64,000 nucleotides of DNA from assembly GCA_965655095.1 (NCBI GenBank), contig OZ296648.1:142910001-142974000 (forward strand), given 5' to 3'. Within the stretch, counting starts at the first letter, position 1. Each line of letters opens with the position of its first letter. This document shows positions 50,072-62,148 of this stretch, piece by piece. This DNA comes from Haplodiscus bocki. Taxonomy: Eukaryota. The translations under genes were made by a program, and so were the position numbers. The notes beneath the pieces were generated by a model. It was not told where the DNA came from, did no database searches, and saw only the letters and a list, made by a program, of their open reading frames with translations.

Positions 50072-52829
50072 CTCTTTAAAACTGGCGCGTGCAAAATTGC
50101 CTGCAAACGCAGGTAACTTTACCTGTAATTCGCAGTTAAAAAGGTCCCACACGCAGTTTACCTGCGTTACATGCAGTTTACCTGTAAAACCAGGTAAATT
50201 TACCTGCGTCGAGGCGGCAAGCACCTCGCGCAGAATACACGCGAATTGCCTGCAGGAGCATGTACCTGAATACCACAGGCATTTTACAGGTAGCTTTACA
50301 TGCGCAACTCATGCAAATTTGCCCGCGACTAGCATGCAAAATTGCCTGCTTTTGCAGGCAAAAATACATGCACTTACAGGCAAAAACACTAGAATCGCAG
50401 GTAAAAATACCCGCCAAACGCAAGCAAAATTAACTGCAACCGCAAGAAAAAATACCGGCACATTCGCAGGCAAAAAAACCTGCAATTCCACGCAGAATTA
50501 CCTGCAATTGCAGGCAATCTGCTACGACACCGCGGGTAAATTCACCTGCAAATTGCAGATAAGTTAGCCTGCATCATGCTGGTGAAGTTAGCTGCAACTT
50601 GCGTGCTTTATTTAGTGCTATAGCGTGTATTCTGCGTGGGGTGCTTGCCGCGTAGAAGCAGGTATAATTACCTGTTTTTACAGGTAAACTGCATGTGGGG
50701 CCTTTTTACCTGCGAACTGCAGGTACAGTTACCTGCGTTCGGAGATAATGCAATCTTGTCGAAAATCTATCGTTACTTGCGGCAAAACTAGAAGAGAAGA
50801 CGCACAAACAAAGGACGTAAAGTTGCAATGCATTGCTAAAGCTCATCAATCGATATTACAAAATCCTCTGGCTAAAAGTTACAGGCACATTTAAAGAACA
50901 GACGAGAAAACCCCTCAGACTAAACATCAAAAAAACTTGATGTCGTCAGAAAAGAATAACAATTGAGCAATTCTTGCATATTTCAGTCCATACAGATACA
51001 GATATGAAGTCAACGAAAGAAGCCATTTTCCAACAAAAAACTCCAAAATCAATCCATTCGTGGTCAAATCACTTTTGAAATCCAGTTGCAAACGTTTCCG
51101 TAAAAGTGCAATACAAGAAAACTTCAATCTAGAACCTGAAACACAGCCGAAAAAAATTACTCCAAGAACCGAGGCAGCTATATTCATTAATACAAAGAGA
51201 TGAAAGAGAACTTGTATCCCATTTCCTTCCTTTATATCTGAACAAATTTTGAGCACTAGGTCCAAGACGTGAATGCAACTCAAAATGTTCAAGTTCTTTC
51301 TAGTTTCCGCCAACCAAAAAACATTTCCGGCAACATCGGGGCCACCAACGAGCAGTTGCAGTAAAAGGCTCGATTATTATTTTTGAAAAAAAAACTATTG
51401 CAGTAAACGGAGTAGAACATCAACAGACAGTTAACATAAAAAAATGAGAAAACGGTTCATATGGTTTTCAAAAGTATTAATTGTTATTTCACCAATAATT
51501 GTGACAAAAGGCACACTGGAAGACACCCTGACATAGGGAGTAAAGTTGAATTGCATTGTTAAAGCTCATCAGTCGATATTAGAAATTTCTATAGCTGAGG
51601 AGAATGGGCACATTTATAGAAGAGACCAGAATACCCCTCAAACTAATCATCGAAAAGATTTGATGTCGTCAAAAGAAAAGCACACTTGAGCAATTTATGC
51701 AAATTTCAATCCATGCAGATATGAAGTCAACAAAAAAGCCATATTCCAACGAAAAACCCCAAAATCAATCCATTCATGGTTAAATCACTTTTGGAGTCCA
51801 ATTGCAAACGTTTCCGTAAAAGTGCAATACGAGAAAACTTCTACCTAAAACCTGAAACAGAGATGAAAAAAACTCATTCGAACAAACGATGCAACTTTTT
51901 CCACCAACACAGCGGAAATGAAAGGAAACTGTATTCAATTTCCTTCATTTACCTTTTAACAACTTTTGAGCACCAGGTCCCAGAGATGTATGTATCTCGA
52001 AAAAGTCAAGTTTTTTCTAGTTTTTGCAGGCCAGTAACACATTTCCCTCTTAGGCAGGGCCACCATTGACAGGTTATTTAATTGTGTCCGCTAACATGTA
52101 TCAGAACAAAAACATTACAGTAAATAGAGTGGAGCAACAGAAGCCTCAGAAATTTGAAAATTGGAAAACGGACTAATTGGTTTCCAGAAGTAATCAAAGA
52201 GTTGTATCATCACTACTCGCGAGAAAACTAGATCATAAGACGCCTAATTATAGGAAAAAAAGTTGCTTCGGAGTGATAAGTCTACTAGTTTTGCATCGGA
52301 TAAAAGTTGTCATTGTGATTTTACTTCACCATTTTTAGTTTCAAATTGCTTTAAGTTACATTTTTATGTAGTCCTATAAGATCCTTTTTTACGTTGTTTC
52401 CTCTTTAGATTTAAGTGACAACAGCCAGTTCCCGATCATTTTGATGGCAGTGAAGACTTTTTCAGCGAGCTGTTTTTTTGGATAACGGTTTGAAGAGCCA
52501 GCAAGGAACACTTCAACGTTTTTGGAACAAAATCAAATTTGAATGGTTCACCATTGACTTCAAAGGCAACAAATGGGTACTTTGGTCAAGGTGTTTGGAA
52601 CTGGATAAAAGGAAACGTCCCGAGGTTTGAAAAAATCCGCCCGGAGGCGAACAATAAAAACTTCATGTGAATTACCTGCGGGCGCAGGTAAATTTCCGCC
52701 AGTTACGCGCGGAAACCGCAGGCAACCGTTACCTGCGGAGATTTTGCCTGCATCCGCAGGTATTTTTACCTGCGGATCAGTTTACCTGTGGCCTTCGCAG
52801 GTAATTTTGCACGCGCCAGTTTTACAGTG
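50072..52829. mobile_element. CACTG-type (CMC/EnSpm-like) non-autonomous element ends with TACCTGC subterminal repeats
   Basis: Left end TA|CTCTTTAAAACTGGCGCGTGCAAAATTGCCTGC; right end GCAGGTAATTTTGCACGCGCCAGTTTTACAGTG|TA (33-bp TIR, 3 mismatches). Dense ACCTGC/GCAGGT repeats at 50072-50740 and 52670-52829. Confidence 0.75.
50765..52270. repeat. Diverged tandem duplication (~720 bp period, two copies plus the start of a third)
   Basis: AAAGTTG..TGCATTG.TAAAGCTCATCA at ~50819 and ~51542; TTGCAAACGTTTCCGTAAAAGTGCAATAC at ~51086 and ~51802. Confidence 0.9.
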
Positions 52830-53399
52830 TAGTAAAGTGCTCGAAGCCACTTGACACTGAATTCAGAAACAAATAAAAAATCGCCTCCATACGTAAAAGG
52901 AAACTTTTGCAAGGAAACAATCAATAAACTAATGAGCTGCATCAAAAGATATCGATGCTCTTCTCAATTTTCGAACAGTTCCAGTTAAACTGACCTTGAA
53001 GCGTCTTAGGCCTCAATCTTGAACCAACAAAGTTGAACCATTGAAAAGCAAATTTTTGTAATTTTGCGTGGATAGTTTCTTATTTTCAAAATAAATAGTG
53101 CACGATAAGAATACAGTGAAAACAAATGTGGTTGAGAAACTATTCCTGATGAGGAGAACGAACACGAAACATAAACATCTAATTAAAGCGAAAATTCGAG
53201 ACTTTTCCTCAAACAATTTATCTAGGACTATACTTTCTGCTATACAAACTTCCAGCCTCGTTCGATTTTTATACGATGATCGAAGAATTCTGAGTAAACT
53301 TCGTCCAAAAAATTGACAACTGTAGCAATTCAGGAGGCTAATTAACTCTTAAAAGAGTTACAATAACAATAGGCACAGTCGCACTGCGATATTTTCCGT

Positions 53400-55400
53400 C
53401 AAACGGGTGTAGAAATGATTGATCGAAAATATAACAAGTGGTTTACACAAAATTGTTGATAAAACAGGAAGTTGTCCATTGAGATCTTGTCGGAAGTATT
53501 CAAGTCTCTATTTTGTTCTTGGTTTCTTCAATTTTTAATTTATTTATTTGGTATAAATTGTGATAAAAATTTATTACCTTTGCTCGAGCAGTGTTTTATC
53601 TCAAGAGAATTATAGAAAACTTTGAATTTGAAAATCGACAAATAGACGAAAACAGTTGCACTTTTCGGCATTTTCAGTCTAGCATGAAAAGTCTGTTGAT
53701 CGGGCAACAAACATAGAAATTCAATTACCAGATCCTTCTGCTGATAAAGAACAGTCAATTCATGCCTTGATGCAAGAAATCCAACCAACAGTTATGGAGA
53801 GATAAGAAATTGAATACACGGACATGTCAAAAAAATTATAATTATTCGGCCTTTTTGAACATTCAAGGAAGCCGACACAAGGATCAAGATTCCTCAATCT
53901 TCTAATCATTAGTTCTCCTCCAGAAAGAAAGTGTTACTTGAGCCCTTGATTAGAGATATTGGGCTCGTGGTCGTGGAGAAACAAAAATTTGACAGCTTAG
54001 ATGGAATTTCAACAAATTCGGTATGTTATGAATCAGAAGCAAAGAAAAAACATACGCACTGACGGCTCAGTGCTAGTAGGCTGGCGCCAAGTGTTTCCCC
54101 AAAATCAAGAAAATCGAGCCATCAGATTTTGAATGAAGCCTCGTTGTTTCACAAGTTTCAAAAGACTCTCAGTTGTTGGAAAATTTCAAAGAAGGTCGAT
54201 TTTAATTTTTTGGAGAAAGCATTTTTTCTGTCTACATTTAAAACACATAAAACACAGTGTGTGATACATTGGAAAGTCCTTGTAATTGCAAAGCTTAATC
54301 GGTTTCTATTTCAATCTTCGTTTCCAGGATATAGGACCGCATGTTCACAATTTTTCAAATGGCCATTAAATTTCGATCTCGAAGTTGGTTTGATTGAAAA
54401 TTTTTCGAAATAAAATTTTGATCGCGACCAAAAAAAATAGGTAAAAAAATAGATAGCCCTTGTTACACTGAATTCTCCCAAGATGTTGCATTTTGACAAA
54501 AAAAGCTCTTTTAAAAAAAGTCAATTAACAATTTCTCTCACCAAAAAACCTACCAAAAGAACTTTGACTTCCTCTACAAGTTAGTAAAAAAACTGGAGCC
54601 TCCTTGTTTTAGGAACAGACAGTGCGCGCCAACAACAGTTTTATTTTTGAAGACAGAGCCTTAAAGTTGACAAAAAAAAGAGTTCAAAGTAGCCGAAACT
54701 AGCTCAATTATCAAGTACTTCTCGATGAAAACCTTCCGGAAAATTCTGCAAACCGTAACGGGAGTCGAACAGTAAGATACAATCAACCAATGAATTGTTT
54801 CATAACTAATCAATGGATGGATTTTTTTCGAAACACCTCTAGTATTTTGGACTTCACATGGTCAAAAAAATAATTGGAAAGTCTCGATTATCAGGATTTT
54901 CCCGCAGAAAATATATCGAGAAGCATTCACAACAAAACGCAAAGCTACTCTTTCAAAAATAGTGGTTTCTGAATGAAGTTTTTCAAAATTAAGTTATGTT
55001 GGACACCCAGGTGATATAAAAAAATATTTCAACTGTAAAAGACGTATCGCAACACCAAACTGCGTTCAGTTGTCAGGACTCTTTGCAAAAAAGCCCAATG
55101 AGAACTAAAAACTTTCTGTCGGTAACCAAAACGTAACAGATCACCTGATTTGTGACTTTTTCCTATGTTATTAAAAACATTGGGTTTTTCTTGGACTTGC
55201 TCCCAGTGCAAAATTTGGGGAAAAAATTAAAGGGAGCTCGGTTTTCAAAATTTGTCCGCAAAAGAAAAGATATAGAAAAAAACTTTGTCAACGCGATAAA
55301 AACAAATGACTAAAATATTTGACTTTTCCTGTGATGGTTAATTAAAATTAGAATGAATTGAGGAGTTTTGTGCCAAAATAAAGCAAGTGGAACTCATAGA
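53400..55400 (+). mobile_element. Very decayed LINE (endonuclease/RT) relic
   Basis: Traces resembling K.SPG.D (~54445-54475), KVAK..PI.K (~54686) and ENYRP (~54740). No intact ORF. Confidence 0.35.
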
Positions 55401-58400
55401 AATTTTCGAAGTGACCAAAAAGATTGGGATTGTCGAGTTTTCTTTAGCAGAAAAACAGATCAAAAATTGTCGAGCCGCAACTGAAGGTTAGTGTGTGATA
55501 GGAAACATCTTTTCGTTGAACGTGTGAAAATTTCGGTCAGTTTGAAGCCCCACAAAAAGAAATAAACGACCCGCAATATGACATTTATGGTGGAAGATTC
55601 AAAATTTTGCACCATTTCCAAAATTCGATGCTTCTTTTTGTCGATGAACCAAAAAACAAAAAAATCGATAATTGTTTTTGTCATAGTCCTCCACAAGTAG
55701 AAAGCTGATGACCGAGATTTTGATGGATGAAGTGAAGCCAATAAATGTTGAGAAATTTGAAATGAACACCGAGACGTCTCTAAACTAATATCATCTGTTT
55801 TTGCAGTTTTGAACCATCAAGAAGTTACAAAATTGAACTTTTTTCTATTGAATAGCCTTCGTCAAGTAAATAGCTGTGGGTTGAACTTTTGATGCAACAA
55901 TTCAAGGTGGTAGTTTTGAATTATCATGAGTTTGAGAAGTTAGATCTGTATTTACTAATAGCCCTTTTGGCATTTTCGGCCTATCAGGATTCGGACGGAA
56001 AGAAAAAATTGATCGAAATTTATCGGTAATAGTAATTTCACCATACGCACTCAGAACTGCTGATATTAAAGTTTCCTTTCCCATCCCGAGGGTTCATTTT
56101 TGGAAGCAAGGAGCTGCGAGTGCAAAAGAAATCAAGGCACACACAGTTTGGAACTAAGGTGAAAAATTCAACCTAACCACAGGAAACAAGCAGGAGACGG
56201 AGCGTTTTAATGGTGTTAACGAAAACCTTCAACCAAGAAATCTAATTTCGTCAGTCTCATATTGGAGAGCACTATGGGAACTGAAGTAGAAAAATGTTGT
56301 TCTCATAGGAACTCTGGGTTGTCCGTCATACGAAACTTATGTATGGATGATCCACCATTCATCTTGTTCTAAAAGGCAAGCATGAACAACTTACCGTTAG
56401 TGAAGATTCTTGGTCTCAAAATGTCGTATTCGGCAGGTATTTTGTTAACGATTGGTCACGGAAGAGGTGGAAAAATTAAGAATCTTCAAACAAATCGATG
56501 CGAGTACCATCACTAATGTTAACAGTCGCTTGTAATTGTAACGTCTGACAAATAAAAAGTTCCGCATTGGGTCATTTGTGTTCTTGCAAGATATCGGCAT
56601 ATTCCTTTTCCCTGACAATTTGGTGAATAACAACGGAAAAGTCAAAAGATCAGTCATTCAATGCCCTCAGCTATCTCAAAAACTTGGCAAACGTTCTAGG
56701 TTTGGGACATTTCCTGGTCAAATTAATTGTGAAGAAAGGTTTCCAAACTTGGGACACGTCATGAAGAACCCAAGGCGGTGCAGCCCTTAGTGCTCAGTGT
56801 ACTGTAAAAGGGAGCATTGCTGCTTTAATTATTCGGGTTATCTTTTCAGGAAAAATCGGAATACGAAATGTGGGCGCTCACTATTCTCTGGTCGAAAAAG
56901 TTTTGTTTCGGCCTGCCGACAAACTTCATGGGGAATCTTTGATGTTCTTGTAAATTTTAGTTTCTGATCTCTTTTGATATAGCCAAAAGGAGAGCGGCAT
57001 CATCATTTTTGTCGGAATGTGTCTGTCTGGTAGGAGAGAAGCTTGAATTGAGAATCCTTTGGTGAACTCAAAAATTTATGTCTTCGAGTATTATTTGAAT
57101 TTTTATACTGTGTGTAGTACATGGTTGTCTGTAAAGGTTTTTATTCTTTTGGGAGTGCACGGACTATCAACCGTTCATTTTCGTCAACTACACGGTGAAA
57201 AAAGCAAGCCAGTCACTGCAATAGTGTGATACTTTACTGAAAGTATAAAAAACCGCTCAAAAACAAACCCAGACCCTGCTTCCTAATGATCATTTTCAGG
57301 CAAAAATGGAAAAGTTTGTATTTGCACACTTAGATGATCACATTCAAGTTTGAAATCATTATTATTGAGCTTAGAGAAGGTTTCAAAATACATTTACGGC
57401 CCTACTAGATATATTCAATAATTTTTGCACAAGAGCTTCAATTAAGAAAACCTGCCCACTCCTTCTCGAAGTTTGGGTCTCCAAATCCCCTATTTTCCCT
57501 AGTTAGACTTGCAGATACCACATGCAAAATGCATGCATGCATGCAGCCAATTTTTTTTTTTACAAAACATGGAAAATTCAAACATTTAGCTTACATGTAT
57601 TTTGCATGTTTTCGCTGCAGCAGCAAAAGTTTGTTCTAGATGTCAAGGTAATTAAGAAAACGTAAAAGTTCTCGCACTTCTATTGGCTCAATCACTACTA
57701 CTTCAGAAGTGCTCATATTTTTTGTTTTCCTGACGCTCTGCATTAACTATTATTTGCTGACAAGTGACTGGGCGTGTGTAGATATAAACTTAATCAGCGT
57801 TATTTCTATTGTAATGCGCGACCAAATTGTTAGTTTGTCTGTCACTTGTAATATTAATTAGGCTGCATCCAAAAACATGCAAAAATTTTTTTTCTGCCAA
57901 AAATTTGGAAGCAAGTTACAAAACCCAGCCTAATTTTATGAAATTTTTTGAAGAAACTTGAAATACATCACAGCAGCAGACAAAAATTAGGCATAGAAAA
58001 CTCGGGTCGAAATTTTTTTGAGATTCGCAGCTTTTTTCAAAGACCACCGGTAATTCCGCTGTTACCGCCGTTAATGCGCTAAGAACCGCCGATGCGCTGT
58101 TATCGTAGCACATTTCTGGAAGAAATTGAAGATCGGCGGTTTTTTGCCAAGAAATGCCGGGAAAGTCGCTTATATCTTAGAAAAAGAACGCCACTAAATT
58201 ATGATAACGTAGTCCGAATGTCAATTTTGAAGATATTCTCTCGAAAGAACCCCATAGATGTCCCCGAGTTTTTGAGATGAAGCATCAATTGACTTGATGT
58301 ACTTTCAAATATCTGATAACACAATTTTGTGGATGTTTTTTATCTCAAAAGAAGCAAAAACAATTTTTGCTGGAAAAACTGATCATTATGTTGTGTACAT

Positions 58401-60270
58401 CCCATCGTTTTGTGAAATGAACAGAGGATTTTTGATAGAAAATTGAATCTCGGAATTTTTTCTAGAATCAACTTCTCTTTTTTTTCAACCTCTGGAAAGA
58501 GGTATAGTTTTTGGGTTCGGCCCAGAAACATAACAAACATCACGGAAAAACATTTTCTACAATATTTAAATCCACAAAAAAGTCTGTTAACGTCGTAATT
58601 ATGCTTGGAAAGGCCGGTAACCGCTGCTATTTTTCCAAGAAACGCCGGTAACCTCTGTTATTTTCCTACAAAATACTGGCGGTTTCGCATTATTTTTTTC
58701 GCCGATCCGCCGTTATCGTAGAAAAATTTCAGCTGAAATTTCGATCCAGTAATTTAATATGAATCATCCAAAATCATTCAAAAAATGTTTGGTAACCTAT
58801 AAAACTTTACAAAACTTTCCTGCTTTTCAACCAGGGTTAATAACAAAGTATTGTTGCCTAAAATAAAATCCCTCCACAATCAAAGTCTGTTGTATCTGCG
58901 CTTCAAACATTAAATCCCACCGGCTCAAACTCGACTACGCTATATGAACTTGCATACATATTTTTTTCCTTCAGTTCATTCAAATAAATAAATAAGATGG
59001 AACTACAATGGCAAATTCAGTTCTTTCCCATTGTCAATAGGTTTCGAGAAAGAAGTGAAGTATCCGTAAAATCAAAATGTCGATTATAAAATACTCAAGC
59101 ATTTCCAATACACAGGAATGGTACAATACCATCCGTGTTCTAACAAAATTCACTCTTTACATTTCTGACACGTATCCAAACCGCTTCTGAGTGCCTGCAG
59201 GCAAACTTTTGCAAGAATAAATCGAAATTTTATGGTTCACAGTTTTTTGAACAGAAACAAAGTTTTCGGCCAAAAATTTCCGGATGGAAAACCATCAGAG
59301 CTACTTGGCAAGCAAGAACTGGGTCAGCGAAGGTACTGATTCTAGTAAGCGAACCATTTTATAACACTTGTAATTTTTTTAATGATGAAAGTACGAAGAA
59401 AGTACATGACAATCCAGGTGCTTTCGAATTGCTTTTGCTGAAAAAATCACTTGAACAAAAAGTTTTGCGATTTTTCTTGACAAAAATGTAACCGAGAACA
59501 TTCTATACCTTACACCGGGAAAAGTTTCCATAGTTGCAGTAATTTCGTGAATTTAGGCCAAAGTTTTCTTGTTGTCACTAAATTTGCGAACAAGAAAAAT
59601 GGAACAAAAAACGAACGTCCGTGTAGGGCATTCTCGTTTCACTCGAAGTCCTAAATTTTTAATTTTGATAAATTTCACTGTAAAGCACTGTATCATAGAT
59701 GACTATCAGTGTCGGGGTTGTTGCCAAAACAGCTGCCATGCTCTTTCCCAAAGGAACTATTGCCAACTTACAATCGGACAAATACGGAAAAATCAAGTAG
59801 CGACCATCAACCATGCAGTCACAAATAATCATCATAACAGAGATGGAAACCAAATAATGCGACCCATCGAGGTCGCAAACGAAATGGCGAATTGGTTGTC
59901 CCCGTTGAAAAGCTGCCAACTTGTAGTTTTGAAGTCTGCGTGCTTGAGCTCAGGAGCTGACAAAGAAAAAAAAGTTACAATCAGCAGGACAAGCAGAAGC
60001 TTTATTGGTAGACAGCTTCTTAGAGCGCAACGTTCTGGAAATATGAAATTCATAATTTGTCCGGCTGACACATCAAGCAGACCAGTAGAAGACCCAAAAA
60101 TTTATAGTGATGACGATTATAAAAGTAAAAAATGAAAACCAACTTTGAAGTGAGCCAATAAATCGAAATCAGATATATCCAGAAAAGATGCTACTGATTT
60201 GCTCCAGTGTGTACAATCAAATAGATCGATTGGAAATCACTTCGAGATTCCGCAATTAACACAAGTGAGT

Positions 60271-60358
60271 CAAATTCAGTACTTTTGAACAGAAATTACG
60301 TCAAATTCAATACTTTTGAACAGAAACCACTTCAAATTCAGTACTTTTGAACATAAAC
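60271..60358. repeat. 31-bp minisatellite, about 3 copies
   Basis: CAAATTCA(G/A)TACTTTTGAACA(G/T)AAA... x3. Confidence 0.92.
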
Positions 60359-61414
60359 GTTTTGGCATGGCTGAGTGCGAGGCTGTTTCTCAAATGTTCT
60401 TATTATAGCTCCTTTTGCAACTAAAAGAAAGTCATAGATTAATTTTGACATTGAGTATGATAAACTGCTGAAATATTATTGTTTGTGGGTATTTTGTAAC
60501 AGCTCATCTCGCGGAATTTCTAGGCGACGCAAAACCCTTTTCTTTTCATGTATTTTACACACATAAAAAGTGATTCATTTAAAAGCTCGATTCAGTCGAA
60601 ATCTGTCTTTTAGATGAGATCTCAACTTTTCGCAAGTTTTATTAACCAACATTTTTATGATCTTTGATTGAGGAAACAAGGGCTTCAAAGGTCGAACGGT
60701 TTTCCTACTGCATTTTTTTCCGAAAACACTCAAGCTGCTTTGTTTTAAGTCGCAGTTTCTAAAAGACCTTCAATTCTTTCCCCGAATATCTCGCTCGGTG
60801 TTCCTGAAGTCTTCAGAGATTTTTCTTTGAATTCGACACAACTTGAACTTCAGACTTGAAACCGATCGAATGTTTTTGGAAAACAGATTGCATGTCATCA
60901 TTTTATTGGAAAATCAAATTATTATAACAAAAAAGTGAATAAAAGATGGGAAGGAAGAGCAGAAGCAGCAGCCATGAGAATTCTCAACAGCAAGATTACT
61001 GAGTTACATCTCCTGGGTCTGTCACTGATCTCAGGAGTTTTTGTGGCAACCACGTCGCAAAAAGGGTCATTCCAGATTTGTAAATATACACTTCAGTAGA
61101 AGGATCCTCGTATCCCGGAGGTATTTGTAATCTGTAAGAAAACGGTTGGGTTCATTCGCATATTGTCCGTTTTAGAGGGTTTTCATTGCTCAATGTTGTC
61201 TTTGTCCGCTCGTGAAATGTTATTTCAAGTGGGGGAACCTTTTCATATCTTTAGAATCGTGCAATTGTTTAATTTTCGAACTGTCGAATTGTTTGACAGC
61301 GAATGCATTTCTACAATTCCGAAATGTTCATTTGTTGAACTGAGAATGTCAAATCATTAACAAACAGGTGAAATGTCTAAATGAATGATCGAAATAAGAA
61401 GACCAGATACAGAT

Positions 61415-61642
61415 TTAGAAAGAATGTCCAAGAACGTAACAAAAGATGAAGATATCTTTTAAAAAAAGCCACAATACCACAGTTACAATCACCGTGACTG
61501 TAAACAGTTTAAACACCAGCAACTTGATCTTCAACATCCATTTTTGTGAAACGAAAGCTCTGATTATTACTGAACGCGTCATGGTACATGTAACTTCCAA
61601 AATTTGAGAAAACTTTCGTGCCATAGAACCCAGTCCAGACAT
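61415..61642 (-). CDS. 75-aa ORF with one transmembrane segment, overlapping the upstream stop (TAATG)
   Basis: LLVFKLFTVTVIVTVVLWLFL hydrophobic stretch; the ATG shares a base with the TAA of the 168-aa ORF. Confidence 0.35.
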   Translation of the reverse strand: MSGLGSMARKFSQILEVTCTMTRSVIIRAFVSQKWMLKIKLLVFKLFTVTVIVTVVLWLFLKDIFIFCYVLGHSF

Positions 61643-62148
61643 TATTCTGATTTGTTTCTCAGTGCCGAAAGTTTCGATACTTCGATTCGTTCACAGATAC
61701 TTCTTCTCAACAAACAAAAATTCAATTTCGGACATCCTGACTTATAAGGAAGGCACTGTTTCTTTGGCAACCCCCCTTTGTTATTCTGCTCGGAAAAATC
61801 TTGATGAGCGTCCAAAGCTGCCTTCAGAATGATCCGATCTTCTTCCAAAAGATCTTCGCACTTCAAGATCATCCCCCAGTGCTCACAAAGATCGTAATCT
61901 TGCAGCGCTCTGATAAGTTCTATCTCGTAATGAGTCCAATTTTTTCGGCAATCATATTTGTTGGAACAAAGTTGTTCAACTCGCGATTTTTCTTTGTTTA
62001 GAAACGTCAAGTCTCGAGAAACAATTTCACCGATTGGGTCGATAGTGGTGTAGTCGGTAGCTGGCATCGCAATAACTGAGTGTCCGATAACTCCGATGAA
62101 CAAAGCAACGGAAACGATTCGGATAACGAAAAATTGTGTAATCAGCAT
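61642..62148 (-). CDS. Intronless 168-aa putative secreted Cys-rich protein of unknown family
   Basis: ATG in CAAAATG context; hydrophobic N-terminus ending SVIA-MP; 8 Cys; sequons NWT and NKS; uninterrupted ORF. Confidence 0.55.
   Translation of the reverse strand: MLITQFFVIRIVSVALFIGVIGHSVIAMPATDYTTIDPIGEIVSRDLTFLNKEKSRVEQLCSNKYDCRKNWTHYEIELIRALQDYDLCEHWGMILKCEDLLEEDRIILKAALDAHQDFSEQNNKGGLPKKQCLPYKSGCPKLNFCLLRRSICERIEVSKLSALRNKSE

Noticed and set aside
50028-50567. 179-aa ORF
   Set aside because: It lies wholly within ACCTGC subterminal repeats of a MITE and is a low-complexity artefact.
59569-60135. 188-aa plus-strand ORF
   Set aside because: TTG start and no motif; probably the shadow of minus-strand coding remnants.
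60271-60358. CRISPR-like repeat array
   Set aside because: Head-to-tail minisatellite without unique spacers, in eukaryotic context with no cas genes.
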